Below, one piece after another: positions 33,872 to 44,875 of a stretch of 64,000 bases of DNA (position 1 is the stretch's first letter; every line of letters begins with the position of its first letter). This DNA comes from Nitrospirota bacterium (GTDB taxonomy: Bacteria > Nitrospirota > Nitrospiria > Nitrospirales > NS-4), in the NCBI GenBank assembly GCA_963788195.1, contig CAWBGA010000013.1:288001-352000 (forward strand), read 5' to 3'. A program made the position numbers and the translations under genes. The notes under the pieces are model-generated. The model was not told the origin of the DNA. It saw only the letters and a program-made list of their open reading frames with translations, and searched no databases.

Positions 33872-34366
33872 TTAACCCTGCTTTGGGCTGCCTTCCCTCT
33901 GGTGCTGCTTGTCATGGTGCCGATGCGTGAGGCGCATCTTAATCAGCTTTCCCTGTTGTTCAGGTGTCAGAGTCTGCCGAAACAACTCTCGCCGCTGTTG
34001 CTTGAGCGTGGTGAGGGCATCAGTGGCCGCGTAATAGCGCTCTAGCGTCTGCTTCAACGTCGCGCTGTCCGCCTTCCCCTGAGCCTGTGCCTTAATAGTC
34101 GCTACCGCATCGTACCGCTGCTTGCGTAGAGGCTCAGCCTTTTGATTCAATTCATCTAAGCCCTGAGTCAGCTTTGTCCTGGTCTCTTGATCGAGCTGTA
34201 GCTTTTCAAACAAACGTGCCCGCTTCTTCTCGCCCCGATCACGAAGTTCTGGAGCCTTTCCCTGCTGGCCTTGAACCGCCGGTGATTCTGGAGTCGTGGG
34301 GTCAGCGGCAAAGGCGAACGCTGGCATAAGCGAGACCGCCAAAAACACTGCTAATACTTTCCTCAT
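33872..34366 (-). CDS. Spy/CpxP-like periplasmic protein
   Basis: Signal peptide ending AFA; helical; LTPEQQ motif. Confidence 0.7.
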   Translation of the reverse strand: MRKVLAVFLAVSLMPAFAFAADPTTPESPAVQGQQGKAPELRDRGEKKRARLFEKLQLDQETRTKLTQGLDELNQKAEPLRKQRYDAVATIKAQAQGKADSATLKQTLERYYAATDALTTLKQQRRELFRQTLTPEQQGKLIKMRLTHRHHDKQHQREGSPKQG

Positions 34367-34505
34367 ATGATGTCTCCTTTTCGAGCTGTCTATTTTCTTA
34401 GACAGTCAGAACGAAGAAAGGTAAAAAGAAAAGTGGGGTCAGAGTGAGGTATACCCGCTTTCGCGGACACCTAGTGAGGGGACATAATGCCCCAGGAGGT
34501 GTCCG

Positions 34506-34802
34506 ATGGGAAAGCGCCAGTCGTTCACGAGAGCGTTCAAGCTGGAAGCCGTGCGCTTGCTGGAGAAGTCCGGCAGACCGATCGCCGAGGTCGCGCGGGA
34601 GCTGGGTGTGCGGCGCAATCAGCTCTACAAGTGGCATGAGCAACTCCAAAGCAAAGGCCCCGACGAGGTGTTTCCGGGTCCAGGGCGGCGCCTCGGGCGC
34701 GCCGCGGAGCTGGCCTGTCTGCAACGCGAGAATGCCCGGTTGCTGGAGGAGAATACGATTTTAAAAAAAGCCGCGCGGTACTTCGCGAGGGAATCTGCGT
34801 GA
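34506..34802 (+). CDS. IS3 transposase OrfA (HTH)
   Basis: FTRAFKLEAVRLL...VARELGV..QLYKW; ENTILKKAARYFA; A7G slippery site at 34763-34770. Confidence 0.95.
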   Translation: MGKRQSFTRAFKLEAVRLLEKSGRPIAEVARELGVRRNQLYKWHEQLQSKGPDEVFPGPGRRLGRAAELACLQRENARLLEENTILKKAARYFARESA

Positions 34803-35662
34803 GGTACCAGTTCATCGCCGACCACACGCGCGAGCACCGGATCGGCGCGCTTTGCCGGGTGCTGCAGGTGTCGAGGAGTGGCTTCTACGGCTGGACGCGC
34901 CGACCCGAGAGTGGTCGCGCGCAGGCGAATCGGCAGTTGCTCGGGCGCATCCGCGCCCTGCATGCGCACGCCCGCGAGGCCTATGGCATTATCAAGACCT
35001 GGCGTGCGCTCAATGCCGAAGGGCTGCGCTGTGGGCACAACCGGGTCGCTCGCCTGCGCCGCGTGCACGGCATCGAGACCCGGCGGATGCGGCGCTTTCG
35101 CATGGCGTACGCCGCGCGCCAGAGCGCCCCGCCCGCTGCGAATCTGTTGGAGCGGGACTTCCACGTGGCCGCGCCGGATCGCGTCTGGGTCGCGGACATC
35201 AGCTTCATCCCCACGCGCGAGGGGTGGCTGTATCTGGCGGTGCTGCTGGATCTGTATTCCCGCCGGGTCGTGGGCTGGGCCATGCACGAGAAACAGAATC
35301 GCCAACTCGCCACCGAGGCGCTGGTGATGGCCCTTGAACGCCGCCAGCCCAGCGCGGGGCTCATCCATCACAGCGATCAGGGTATGTTGTACGCCACGGC
35401 AAGCTACCGCCAGATCCTGACCGCGCACGGCATGATCCCGAGTATGAGCCGCAAGGGCGACTGCTATGACAATGCGGTGGCTGAGAGTTTCTTCAGTGGC
35501 CTGAAGAATGAGTTGATTTGGCATCGTGACTTCAGAACGCGCGCTGAAGCACGAAGCGCCATCTTCGAATGGATCGAAGTCTTCTACAATCGACAGCGGC
35601 TGCATCAGACGCTCGAATACGTTAGTCCAGCCCGCTATGAGGCGCAGGCCGATGTTGCTTAA
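34799..35662 (+). CDS. IS3 transposase OrfB (DDE)
   Basis: WVADISFI, YLAVLLDLYSRRVVGW, HHSDQG, CYDNAVAESFF..LKNE. Confidence 0.96.
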   Translation: MRYQFIADHTREHRIGALCRVLQVSRSGFYGWTRRPESGRAQANRQLLGRIRALHAHAREAYGIIKTWRALNAEGLRCGHNRVARLRRVHGIETRRMRRFRMAYAARQSAPPAANLLERDFHVAAPDRVWVADISFIPTREGWLYLAVLLDLYSRRVVGWAMHEKQNRQLATEALVMALERRQPSAGLIHHSDQGMLYATASYRQILTAHGMIPSMSRKGDCYDNAVAESFFSGLKNELIWHRDFRTRAEARSAIFEWIEVFYNRQRLHQTLEYVSPARYEAQADVA

Positions 35663-35817
35663 CCATGTGTCCGTGGAAACGGGGATAGCTCAGAGTCGCT
35701 TTGGGTCTCTGACCCATTGGGGCCTGTAACTTTGCTGAGAAGAAGCTCGATGCTTTATTCCTAATGCTTTAGTATCAGGTTCGGCCTGTTGGCTAACCGA
35801 TCGGGATGACGGCATAG

Positions 35818-37452
35818 ATGAACACACAGCCTTTGATCTCCACGCTGGTAGGAGCATTCGTCGTGGCCTTCATCTTTGGGACAATTGCGAACCGTTTGCG
35901 CATATCGCCGATTGTCGGCTTCTTGCTTGCGGGGATCGTGATCGGGCCTTTCACGCCCGGCTTTGTGGGCAATGTGGCGTTGGCACCCGAACTGGCCGAG
36001 ATCGGCGTGGTTCTTCTGATGTTTGGAGTTGGCCTGCACTTCTCGATCCGCGACCTTTTGTCCGTCCGCATGATAGCCATCCCAGGAGCCATCGTTCAGA
36101 TCGTCATCGCGACAGGGCTCGGGGCTGGGCTAGCTTATGCGCTCGGATGGTCTCTTAGTACCGGCATGGTGTTCGGCCTGGCGCTGTCCACGGCCAGTAC
36201 GGTCGTGCTGCTGCGAGCGCTCGAAGAGCGGCGCTTGATCGACACTCAAGAGGGCCGAATTGCCGTAGGCTGGTTAATCGTAGAAGACATTGCCATGGTC
36301 GTGGCGCTCGTCGTGGTGCCGGCATTGTCGAACAGCCTTAGCGGATCGGTCGAGGGATCGAACCCTGCACTCAAGACACTCCTTGCGGTTGTCATCACGC
36401 TCGGCAAGGTTGCGGTGTTCATCGCGCTCATGCTGGTCGTCGGGAGGCGCTTCATCCCCTGGACGCTCGACCGGATCTCCAAGACGGGTTCGCGCGAACT
36501 ATTTACGCTCGCGGTGCTGGTCATCGCACTCGGCGTGGCCTACGGATCGGCGGAGCTTTTCGACGTCTCGTTTGCCCTGGGAGCCTTCTTTGCGGGGTTA
36601 GTGCTCCATGAGTCCGAGCTCAGCCAAAAGGCGGCGACGGACACGCTCCCGCTGCGAGATGCCTTTGCGGTGCTGTTTTTTGTTGCCGTCGGAATGCTGT
36701 TCAACCCGAGTATTCTGATCCGCCACCCGTGGGCTGTCGTGGCGACGCTGCTGATCATCGTTGTCGGCAAGTCGTTCGCCGCGTGGCTCATCGTCCTGGC
36801 GTTCGGGTACCCACGCAAGACGGCGCTCACCATTTCGGTCAGTCTGGCGCAGATCGGGGAGTTTGCGTTCATGTTGGCAGAGCTGGGTGTTACCCTCGGC
36901 TTATTGACAGCCGAAGGGCGCGACTTGATCCTGGCGGGTGCGATCCTGTCGCTTTTAATCAACCCCTTTTTGTTCGTTGCGCTGGACTGGCTCGAACCAC
37001 GAACGGATCAGGGGGAACGTTTCGCGCCGCCTCCAGTATCGGCAAAAGACCATATTATTCTGGTCGGCTATGGTCGCGTCGGCGCGATCGTGGGCAGTGC
37101 ACTGCGGGAGGTGAATCACGCATTCGTCGTCATCGAAGACAACGCGGATATAGTCGTCAGACTGCGTGCGGAAGGTGTGATTGCGATTCTCGGCAATGCG
37201 GAGGCAACCGGAGTGCTGGAGTCAGCCATGGTTATCGACGCTCGCCTCCTTATTAGTGCGATTCCAAACGTTTTCGAGGCAAGCCAAATTATTGAGCGGG
37301 CTCGATTGGCGAATCCGTCGATCGACATTGTGGCCCGCGCACATTCCGATGCGGAGGTGGAGTTTCTGAAGCGTCACGGCGCCGGCGTTGTGATCATGGG
37401 GGAACGAGAGCTTGCGCGCAGGATGATCGAATACGCGTTCGAGCGAACATAA
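35818..37452 (+). CDS. ybaL: YbaL-like CPA2 cation:proton antiporter with TrkA-N domain
   Basis: GPFTPGFV, LAEIGVVLLMFGVGLHFS, LPLRDAFAVLFFV, LAQIGEF; C-terminal ILVGYGRVG. Confidence 0.9.
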   Translation: MNTQPLISTLVGAFVVAFIFGTIANRLRISPIVGFLLAGIVIGPFTPGFVGNVALAPELAEIGVVLLMFGVGLHFSIRDLLSVRMIAIPGAIVQIVIATGLGAGLAYALGWSLSTGMVFGLALSTASTVVLLRALEERRLIDTQEGRIAVGWLIVEDIAMVVALVVVPALSNSLSGSVEGSNPALKTLLAVVITLGKVAVFIALMLVVGRRFIPWTLDRISKTGSRELFTLAVLVIALGVAYGSAELFDVSFALGAFFAGLVLHESELSQKAATDTLPLRDAFAVLFFVAVGMLFNPSILIRHPWAVVATLLIIVVGKSFAAWLIVLAFGYPRKTALTISVSLAQIGEFAFMLAELGVTLGLLTAEGRDLILAGAILSLLINPFLFVALDWLEPRTDQGERFAPPPVSAKDHIILVGYGRVGAIVGSALREVNHAFVVIEDNADIVVRLRAEGVIAILGNAEATGVLESAMVIDARLLISAIPNVFEASQIIERARLANPSIDIVARAHSDAEVEFLKRHGAGVVIMGERELARRMIEYAFERT

Positions 37453-37579
37453 ACGAAGAAGCTCGATGTCTTTATTCCTAATGCTTTAGTATCAGCCTAC
37501 GCAGATGTCATGATGATCGAGTCGGCCTGCCGTGCAGGCAGGTTCGGCCTGTTGCCTAACCGATCGAGATGACGCACAG

Positions 37580-38834
37580 ATGAACGCACAGCCTCTGATC
37601 TCCACGCTGGTAGGCGCATTCGTGGTCGCCTTTATCTTTGGGATGATTGCGAACCGTTTGCGCATATCGCCGATTGTGGGCTTCTTACTTGCGGGAATCG
37701 TGATCGGGCCTTTCACGCCCGGCTTTGTGGGCGATGTGGCGTTGGCGCCCGAATTGGCCGAGATCGGCGTGGTTCTTCTGATGTTTGGGATTGGCCTGCA
37801 CTTCTCGATCCGCGACCTTTTGTCCGTCCGCATGATTGCCATCCCGGGAGCCCTCGTTCAGATCGTCGTTGCGATTGGTCTCGGGTCTTGGCTGGCCTAT
37901 GCGCTCGGGTGGGCGATTAGCACCGGCATGGTATTTGGCCTGGCGCTGTCCACGGCTAGTACGGTCGTGCTGCTGCGAGCGCTCGAGGAGCGGCGCGTGA
38001 TCAACACTCAAGAGGGCCGAATTGCCGTCGGCTGGTTGATCGTCCAAGACATTGCCATGGTCGTGGCGCTCGTCGTGGTGCCGACATTGTCGAGCGGGCT
38101 AGGTGTATCGGTCGAGGGATCAAACTCTGCACTCAAGACTCTCCTTGCGGTTGTCATCACGCTCGGCAAGGTTACGGTGTTCATCGCACTCATGCTGGTC
38201 GTCGGGAGACGCTTCATTCCCTGGGCGCTCCACCGGGTCTCCAAGACAGGTTCACGCGAACTTTTTACGCTCGCGGTTCTGGTCATGGTGCTTGGCGTGG
38301 CATACGGATCGGCGGCGCTATTCGACGTCTCGTTTGCCCTGGGCGCTTTCTTTGCAGGATTGGTACTCCATGAGTCCGAACTCAGTCAAAAGGCGGCGAC
38401 CGAGACACTCCCGCTGCGAGACGCCTTTGCGGTGCTGTTCTTTGTGGCCGTCGGAATGCTGTTCGATCCGAGTATTCTGATACGCCAACCGTGGGCTGTC
38501 GTGGCGACACTGTTGATCATCGTCGTCGGCAAGTCATTCGCCGCGTGGCTCATCGTCTTGGCGTTCGGGTACTCACGCAGGATGGCGCTCACCATTTCAG
38601 TCAGTCTGGCGCAGATCGGCGAGTTTTCGTTCATGTTGGCCGAACTGAGTGTGACTCTCGGCTTATTGATCACCCGAAGGGCGCGACTTGATCCTGGCGG
38701 GTGCGATCCTGTCGCTTTTAATCAATCCCTTTTTGTTCGTTGTGCTTGGGTGGCTGGAACCACGAACAGATCAGGACGAACGTTTCGCGCAGCCTCCAGT
38801 ATCGGCAAAAGCCTCCACTGTAGATATGACATGA
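37580..38834 (+). pseudogene. Second YbaL-like copy, truncated before the TrkA-N domain
   Basis: Colinear with 35818-37050; homology stops at ...ccagtatcggcaaaag (38811); indel near 38670. Confidence 0.8.
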
Positions 38835-38955
38835 CAGTCTGTCCCAGGCACCCGCCGGATCGCCGACTTTGCGGCACTGTTTTGGAGAATTCTTCGAGAC
38901 CCCGCACGAGTTGTTGACGACTGCTTATGTCTCGACATGAGAGGGTGAAGCCGGT

Positions 38956-39859
38956 ATGAACGATCGATCCGCCCGGACCCTTATCGCGGGATGATCTCGA
39001 GGCGATCTTTCTGCCTGATCATGGAATGCTCGGCGCCTCCCTTCGCCACAGAGGCGAGGAGATCCTCAGGCGCGTGGAAGACCTCGATGCGGCTGCAACA
39101 AAGGGAAGCACGGCCGGAATCCCGTTCCTTCACCCGTGGGCGAACCGACTCGCGGGGCCTCGCTATCGGGCGGCAGGACGGGAGGTGACGCTCGATCCAT
39201 CGTCGCCGCTACTCCATCTGGATGAGCATGGGCTTCCGAATCACGGCGTGCCCTGGTCCCGGCTATCCTGGGAGTTGAGCGAAGCGAGGCCGGATTTTAT
39301 CGCGGCCCGCCTCGAGTGGTCCCGCAGCGATCTCCTCGCAGTTTTTCCGTTTCGACATCGGGTTGAACTGGCCGCGACCCTTCGCCCGGATGGTCTGACG
39401 CTGGAAACGACGTTGATCGCCGGGCCTGATGGACCTGTGCCGGTGAGTTTCGGTTTTCATCCTTACTTCGGGCTGCCGGAACTTCCACGCTCGCAATGGC
39501 GCCTGGAGTTGCCCGCCATGCGGAGGCTCGCGCTCGATCGGCAGGGGATCCCGACCGGAGAGGAAAAGCCTTTTGATGGATTCGACGCCGAGCTTCATGA
39601 ACTGAGCTTCGACGATGGCTTTGCGCTGACGGACGAACGGACGTCGTTCTCTCTCACGGGGGCGGGTCGCCGAATCAGTGTAGAGCTACTTGAGGGCTAC
39701 CGGTATGCGCAGGTTTTTGCACCGAAGGACAAGGAGTACGTTGCGCTCGAGCCGATGACCGCACCGGCAAACGCCCTGATGAGCGGGAGCGGCCTGCGAC
39801 TCGTGGAGCCGGGCGGGCAGTTCCGCGCGGCGTTCCGGATCCGCGTGGATGCGCTCTGA
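38956..39859 (+). CDS. Aldose 1-epimerase family protein (indel near start)
   Basis: GIPFLHPWANRL, LPNHG, SFGFHPYF, FDDGF, VALEPMTAP. Confidence 0.88.
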
Positions 39860-39880
39860 GTGTAGTCGTCGGTGAATCCC

Positions 39881-40725
39881 TTAGCGACCCGTTTCTGTCG
39901 GATCGCCGGCAACCGCGTAACGCAGTATGTCGGGACGCTTCGCCAACGAGCGCAACAGGTCATCAATGCTGGCGACATAGGGGCTGACCGAGCCGTAGTA
40001 TTGGATGGGCTTGCCCATCGGCTCAAATTCCAACCCGAATCGCTTCAACAGTCGCCACAGCCTTTCATGTACGGCGACGATCAGATTCTCATGACCCTGG
40101 TGAATACATGTCACGATCATTGCGCGAAACAACCCCAGCAGGAGCCGAGGGTATTGGAGCTGGCCGGCGAGACTGGACGTTGCCCGCACGTGCAACTGTC
40201 CAAAACCGCGGGCACTACGATAGTCCTTGGCGATCACCAAATGTGACACTTCTACCGTGCGCGCACGCGAGAGGCTGGCGAAAAACGGCGACAGAGATGA
40301 CGTGTGCTGTTCGATAGGGAAACCAAGCGGAGAGTCTACGACGAGGCGAAACCTCCGATCACAGCGCCCGCGGTATTGGTCGCGGCGATGTGGATGGAGG
40401 ACTCGTCCCACTTGTCGCGCATATGCCCGTCGTCGCCTCTTTCGACGTCGAGGAGCAGTTGCTCGCGGCAGTAGACGTCATATCGTAACCGATAAATCTC
40501 CTCGAGTTTGGGGTTATTATGGTCAATTTCAAGAAACGAAAATCTGTCCGGGGTCGCAAGGACCAGGCCATGGCACGTCGTGTATGTTTTACCGCTCCCA
40601 CATAAACAGACGTCATTTGGCTTGACCGTTGCTCCAGATAAGGCTCGACGCCTGTCCTGGAATGCGGAAGATCCGGTCGGTGCAGATTCTTCTTTCTTCT
40701 TCTTGTTGCTTGTGGGCTTGGGCAC
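39881..40725 (-). CDS. N-acyl synthase-like acyltransferase (PEP-CTERM/exosortase-associated or FeeM-like) with N-terminal SEC-C motif; indel near 40350
   Basis: VKPNDVCLCGSGKTYTTCHG; IYRLRYDVYCRE...DKWDESSIH; RLV; VEVSHLVI; RLLKRFGLEFEPMGKPIQYYG..SPY. Confidence 0.75.
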
Positions 40726-41019
40726 GACGAACCCTCCAAAATCAGTCGACAGTTCACAATTAGCCCGACTAGCGCTCAGTCACTTGCAAAGTGCGCTTGA
40801 AAACTAAACACGGCCATTTCTCAAGTCCTGATAGTACTCCGTAAGGGAACCGAAAGCCACAAAAGGGATACTAATTTCACCTGTCTGCCGCAGAGGGAAT
40901 TTAGAGGGAGCGAAGGTTAGGGTAAATCCGTTCCCACTTTTCTTTGTCAGCGTAATGCGTCCGAGGTCATCTCTTTGCCACATCGCCAGCGCGTTACAGG
41001 CCACAGACTCGTCTCTGTC

Positions 41020-44000
41020 CTATTCAGACAGGAGTAGACGCCACTCCGGGAGCACGCCGGCTGTCAGCAGGTCTCGGCCTCGTCCGGGTTGCCGGCGAGT
41101 TGAGTGACCGGCAAGCAAGTACTGCGCATTCTGTGACAGATTCAGCGACGGTTCAGGGGGTCGGAAAGCAGGATCACGCCGTTACCGACGCTATACAGAA
41201 AGCCGTTGCCAATTCCCAGAGACGGGTGTGATCCCATACGTGGAGCTATATTGTGTGAAATTGGAGGTCAGCCCGCCCAGCGTGTCTGCTGCGGGGTCGG
41301 TGGAGTAGATGAGCCAGCGGCCGGGCTGGCGTCAATGATGGCGCTCGCGCCCGCGGTGTTGATGAAGTTGCGTCCCGCGCCCAGCACAACCGCGGCAGTA
41401 TCGGGGGTGCCGGCGCCGGTGCTGGTAGCTGGTGAGCTGACCGGCGATCGTGATATCCGACGCGCTGCCGGAGATCAATGTCAGCGGCTTGGCGAAACTA
41501 TAGCCGGTGTTGATGGTGAGCGCGCCGGCGGTACTGCTGCCAAGCGTCAGATAGTTCTGCTGCCCCAGTTCATGAATCCAAGAATGGTATCGCTGAGTTG
41601 AGTCCGCCGCCGGCGGCGGTACCGACCCCTATGGTGGTGCCGCTGGTATAGGGCCTTATGGTAAGCCCAGTCGCGCTGTTGATGTTATTCACGATTGGAG
41701 AGGATGCTATTGGTGATGAGCGTAATGCTGCCGGTGCCGGTGGTTTGGAGGAGGTTGGAGTTACAGCCCCGGCAAATGAGCCGATGCCGCCGGGTCCCGC
41801 GATGCCTGTAATAATGATATTCCCGGAACCGGTGGTTTTGATGGTGTTGAGGCCAAAGCCGCCGCCGGAGAAAAGGTTGGATACCCATCATTGCCAGGTA
41901 CCGCCACTGTTCCCCCCCGTGGCGGTGATGGTAATCGTCCCGTCAACGGCCGAAATCGTACCCCTGGCTTAATCCAAACCCATAATTGCTCGTGCCTAAG
42001 CTGGCGGGGTTTCCACCGCCGATGGCGACTATGGTGATGGCGCCGGCGCCGATATTCGTAATGGTGCCACGCAGCCTCACACCCCAATGAAAGATGCCGT
42101 AGCCATTTCCGCCGATGCCGGTGATGAGAATCGGGCTGCCGCCGCCCGCGACCAGGCCTTGGAGATCCACAGCCCTGAATTCTGATCACCCGGACCCACG
42201 CCGTTGTTGCCGTGAAAGCCGGTCAAGGAGATCGTGCCCGTGCCAAGCGCCCGGGTGGTACTTGAGCTCGTGAGAAAAATTCCCTTATTTTACTGCCGCC
42301 GGCCGTGTCGCCACCGTGGCCCCAGATGGTGATGTCACCGGTGCCGGTGGTCTGGATCGTGCTGCCGCTGGCCGTCACGCCGTAATTGAAGTTGCCCGAG
42401 CCCACACTGCCGCCGGTGCCGGTGATGGTGATGAGACCACTGCCTGAGGTCTGCACCGTCGTGCCGGAGAGAGAGACGCCAATATTTGAACCACTCGCGC
42501 CGGAGCCGCCGCCGTTTCCGATCAGCGTAATGGTCCCCGTGCCGCTGGTTTGCAGGTTGGAGGCCGTCACCAAAGAGATGCCGATATCGCCGCCGGCTGC
42601 GCCGGCATACCCGGTGCCCATCAGCCAGATATTCCCGCCGCCGGCGTTGAGGATGGCACCCGAACTGATGCCGGCAATATTGGTAGCATTCCCGGTCGCC
42701 CCGGTCGCGGGCAGTGCGCCGTTCACCAAGCCGCCGGGATTGGTGCCGCCGCCCAGCGTGATGTTGCCGCCGAGGCTCGTGACGGAACTGCCGTTGGTCA
42801 GCACGATCGCGCCGCGCCCCGCTGCCATCGCTGTCGGCGCCCAGGACGACGTGGAGCTTGCCGGTGGTGGAGGTAATGGCCACGCCGGCGTTGACCGTAA
42901 TATCGTTGTTGGCCGACAGGGTGAGCGTGGCATCGCCGCCCGCCGTCTTGCTGATACTGCTGGCGACCGTAATGTTGCCCGACTGGGTGTTGGCGCCGGC
43001 GGAGGCGGTCGTGATAGTGACAGAGGTGCCGGCGTTGAGCGCGGTTTCGATACTGCCGGTCGTGACGATGGCGGTGTCATCGTTGAGGTGAAGGTCGGGC
43101 TGGCCGTGACGTTGGTGTCAGCGCCGGCCGCCTGGATGGTGATGTCGTTGGGGTCGAGGAGCCACATGCCGGCGGTGCCCGAAGGCGCGCTCGCGTCTAC
43201 GGAGCCGGCAAAGGCCAGGTGCTCCTTCCCTGAAGTCTCGACGAAGCCCCCGTTGCCGCCGCGTTCACCGCCCCGCGCCAGAATGTGCGCGCCGGAGGCC
43301 CCGGACGTGTGCTCATCGGACCAGACTCGGACAGAGCCGCCGTCAGAATGTCCGTGTCCCACTCACGTCGATCACACTTCCTGTAAAGAGCTCGGTCTGC
43401 TGCGTGGACGTAATTTCGACATGGCCGCCCGCCGCATTTCAGCACCTCTGGCCAGCATCGTTCCTGACTGGCCGGCCAGCGCTCCCGAGATAGCAATGTA
43501 TCCCGGTGTGGCATTCGCTTCGCCGGCCGACACATCGAGCGTGCCCATATTCCAGGCAATACTGTTGTCACCTTCGGCGACCAGTATGATGACGCCGCCG
43601 TGATTGACGAGCGAGGTCGCGCGCACGAGGCCCTCCTGGTTGACAACGGATCGCACCAGCCCCGCAGCCGCCTTGGCTTGTAACGTTACCATCCCGCCGT
43701 CGGCCTGCAGCGTGCCGGTATTCGAGACGTACGATGCCACAGGCTGGCCATCGGGGCCGTTGACACTGCCTGAGACGGCGTCGGTAATCACAAACTGGAT
43801 GAGGCCGTCGCCGCGCAGGTCGAGCGTCGCGGCTGTGCCGGAGGCCAGCGCGATGGAGCCCAGCTGCGCCTGAATGATCCCCTCGTTGTGGGCCGCGGCG
43901 CCCAAGAGCGCCACATACCCGCCCGGGCCCGCCGTGATCATGCCTTGGTTGATCACCGTGGCATTGGAAGCAGAAGGGTCTTGAGTAAAGCGATAGTGGC

Positions 44001-44483
44001 CGGCCAGAAAATCCTGATTCGTCATGGTCAGTGTGCTTGCGGTCAGCGCGCCGACATCGACGCGTGAGCTCGAGCCAAAGAGAATGCCGCTGGGATTGAG
44101 CAGAAAGATTGGCCATTGGCGGAGAGTGACCCGAAGATCGCGCTGGGTTCCTGGCCACTGACCCGGTTCAGCGCGATCGCGGCCGCGCTCGGTTGTTGAA
44201 AATGCACCGACTCGTTGGCCGCGATGTTAAAGCGTGTCCAGTCCAAAATCGCGCGATCCGTTGTCTGCTCGATCCGCATCGACGTGGCGGTCGGCGTGCT
44301 GATCGTTGCGGCACCGGCGGTCACGGTACCGTCTTGGGGCAGTGCGAGGAGCGGAGGTCGGCACGAAGGGCATGAGAGCTCCGGTCATGAGGCCGGCGGC
44401 GTGTAGACTGCTCCCCAGTGCATACGCGAGGGCGCTGTGCTACGGACGGCCGACGCTGAGCGTTTCGCACGACGTCCGCTCAT
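41020..44483 (-). CDS. Filamentous-haemagglutinin-type (TPS domain) exoprotein, many indels; 3' end approximate
   Basis: LPQDGTVTAG...AILDWTRFNI..ESVHFQQPS...LNRVSG; GYVALLG..NEGII; GGNGGFVETSG; GMWLLDP.DITI; Gly/Thr-rich repeats; GRWLIYSTDP. Confidence 0.85.
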
Positions 44484-44875
44484 AAATAAAAGCCCTCTAA
44501 GGCAAAGGCATACCTGACAACATATCGGCCTGAGCGAAGCTGTTCTTGAAGAATGTTTATGAATGAAACGCTGAGAGGAGGACTATCGGGGGAGGAGCTG
44601 GTTCTAGACCTGACAAGAGTGACAGAATAAGACAACCATACACAAAGTGTAAAACCCGCATTGGACGCGGTCAGGAGAATACTTACGGCTGCGTCATCGC
44701 ACAGACTAAGCTTAAAGCGATACTCCTTAGTAGGGGGGTAGTTACAATTCTCACTTTTTCGGGTAGCCTTTGATGGATTACAATCAGCACGCCAGTTTTC
44801 CCAAGCCGTGAGCCCATGGGAATTCGAGCGTCACAGATGCACACTAGGGAGTGGTGTCAAAAGGTAAAGGTAGCA

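Larger units (their letters stand above)
34445..35692 (+). mobile_element. IS3-family insertion sequence, 1248 bp, apparently intact
   Basis: 5'-TG...CA-3' ends; imperfect IRs TGAGGTATACCCGCTTTCGCGGACAC / GTGTCCGTGGAAACGGGGATAGCTCA; 3-bp TSD GAG (34442-34444 and 35693-35695). Confidence 0.96.

Noticed and set aside
39881..40725. Calling the acyltransferase a LuxI AHL synthase
   Set aside because: The motifs (RYDVYC, terminal YG..SPY) fit the exosortase-associated/FeeM-like group better, and no AHL-binding LuxR is adjacent.
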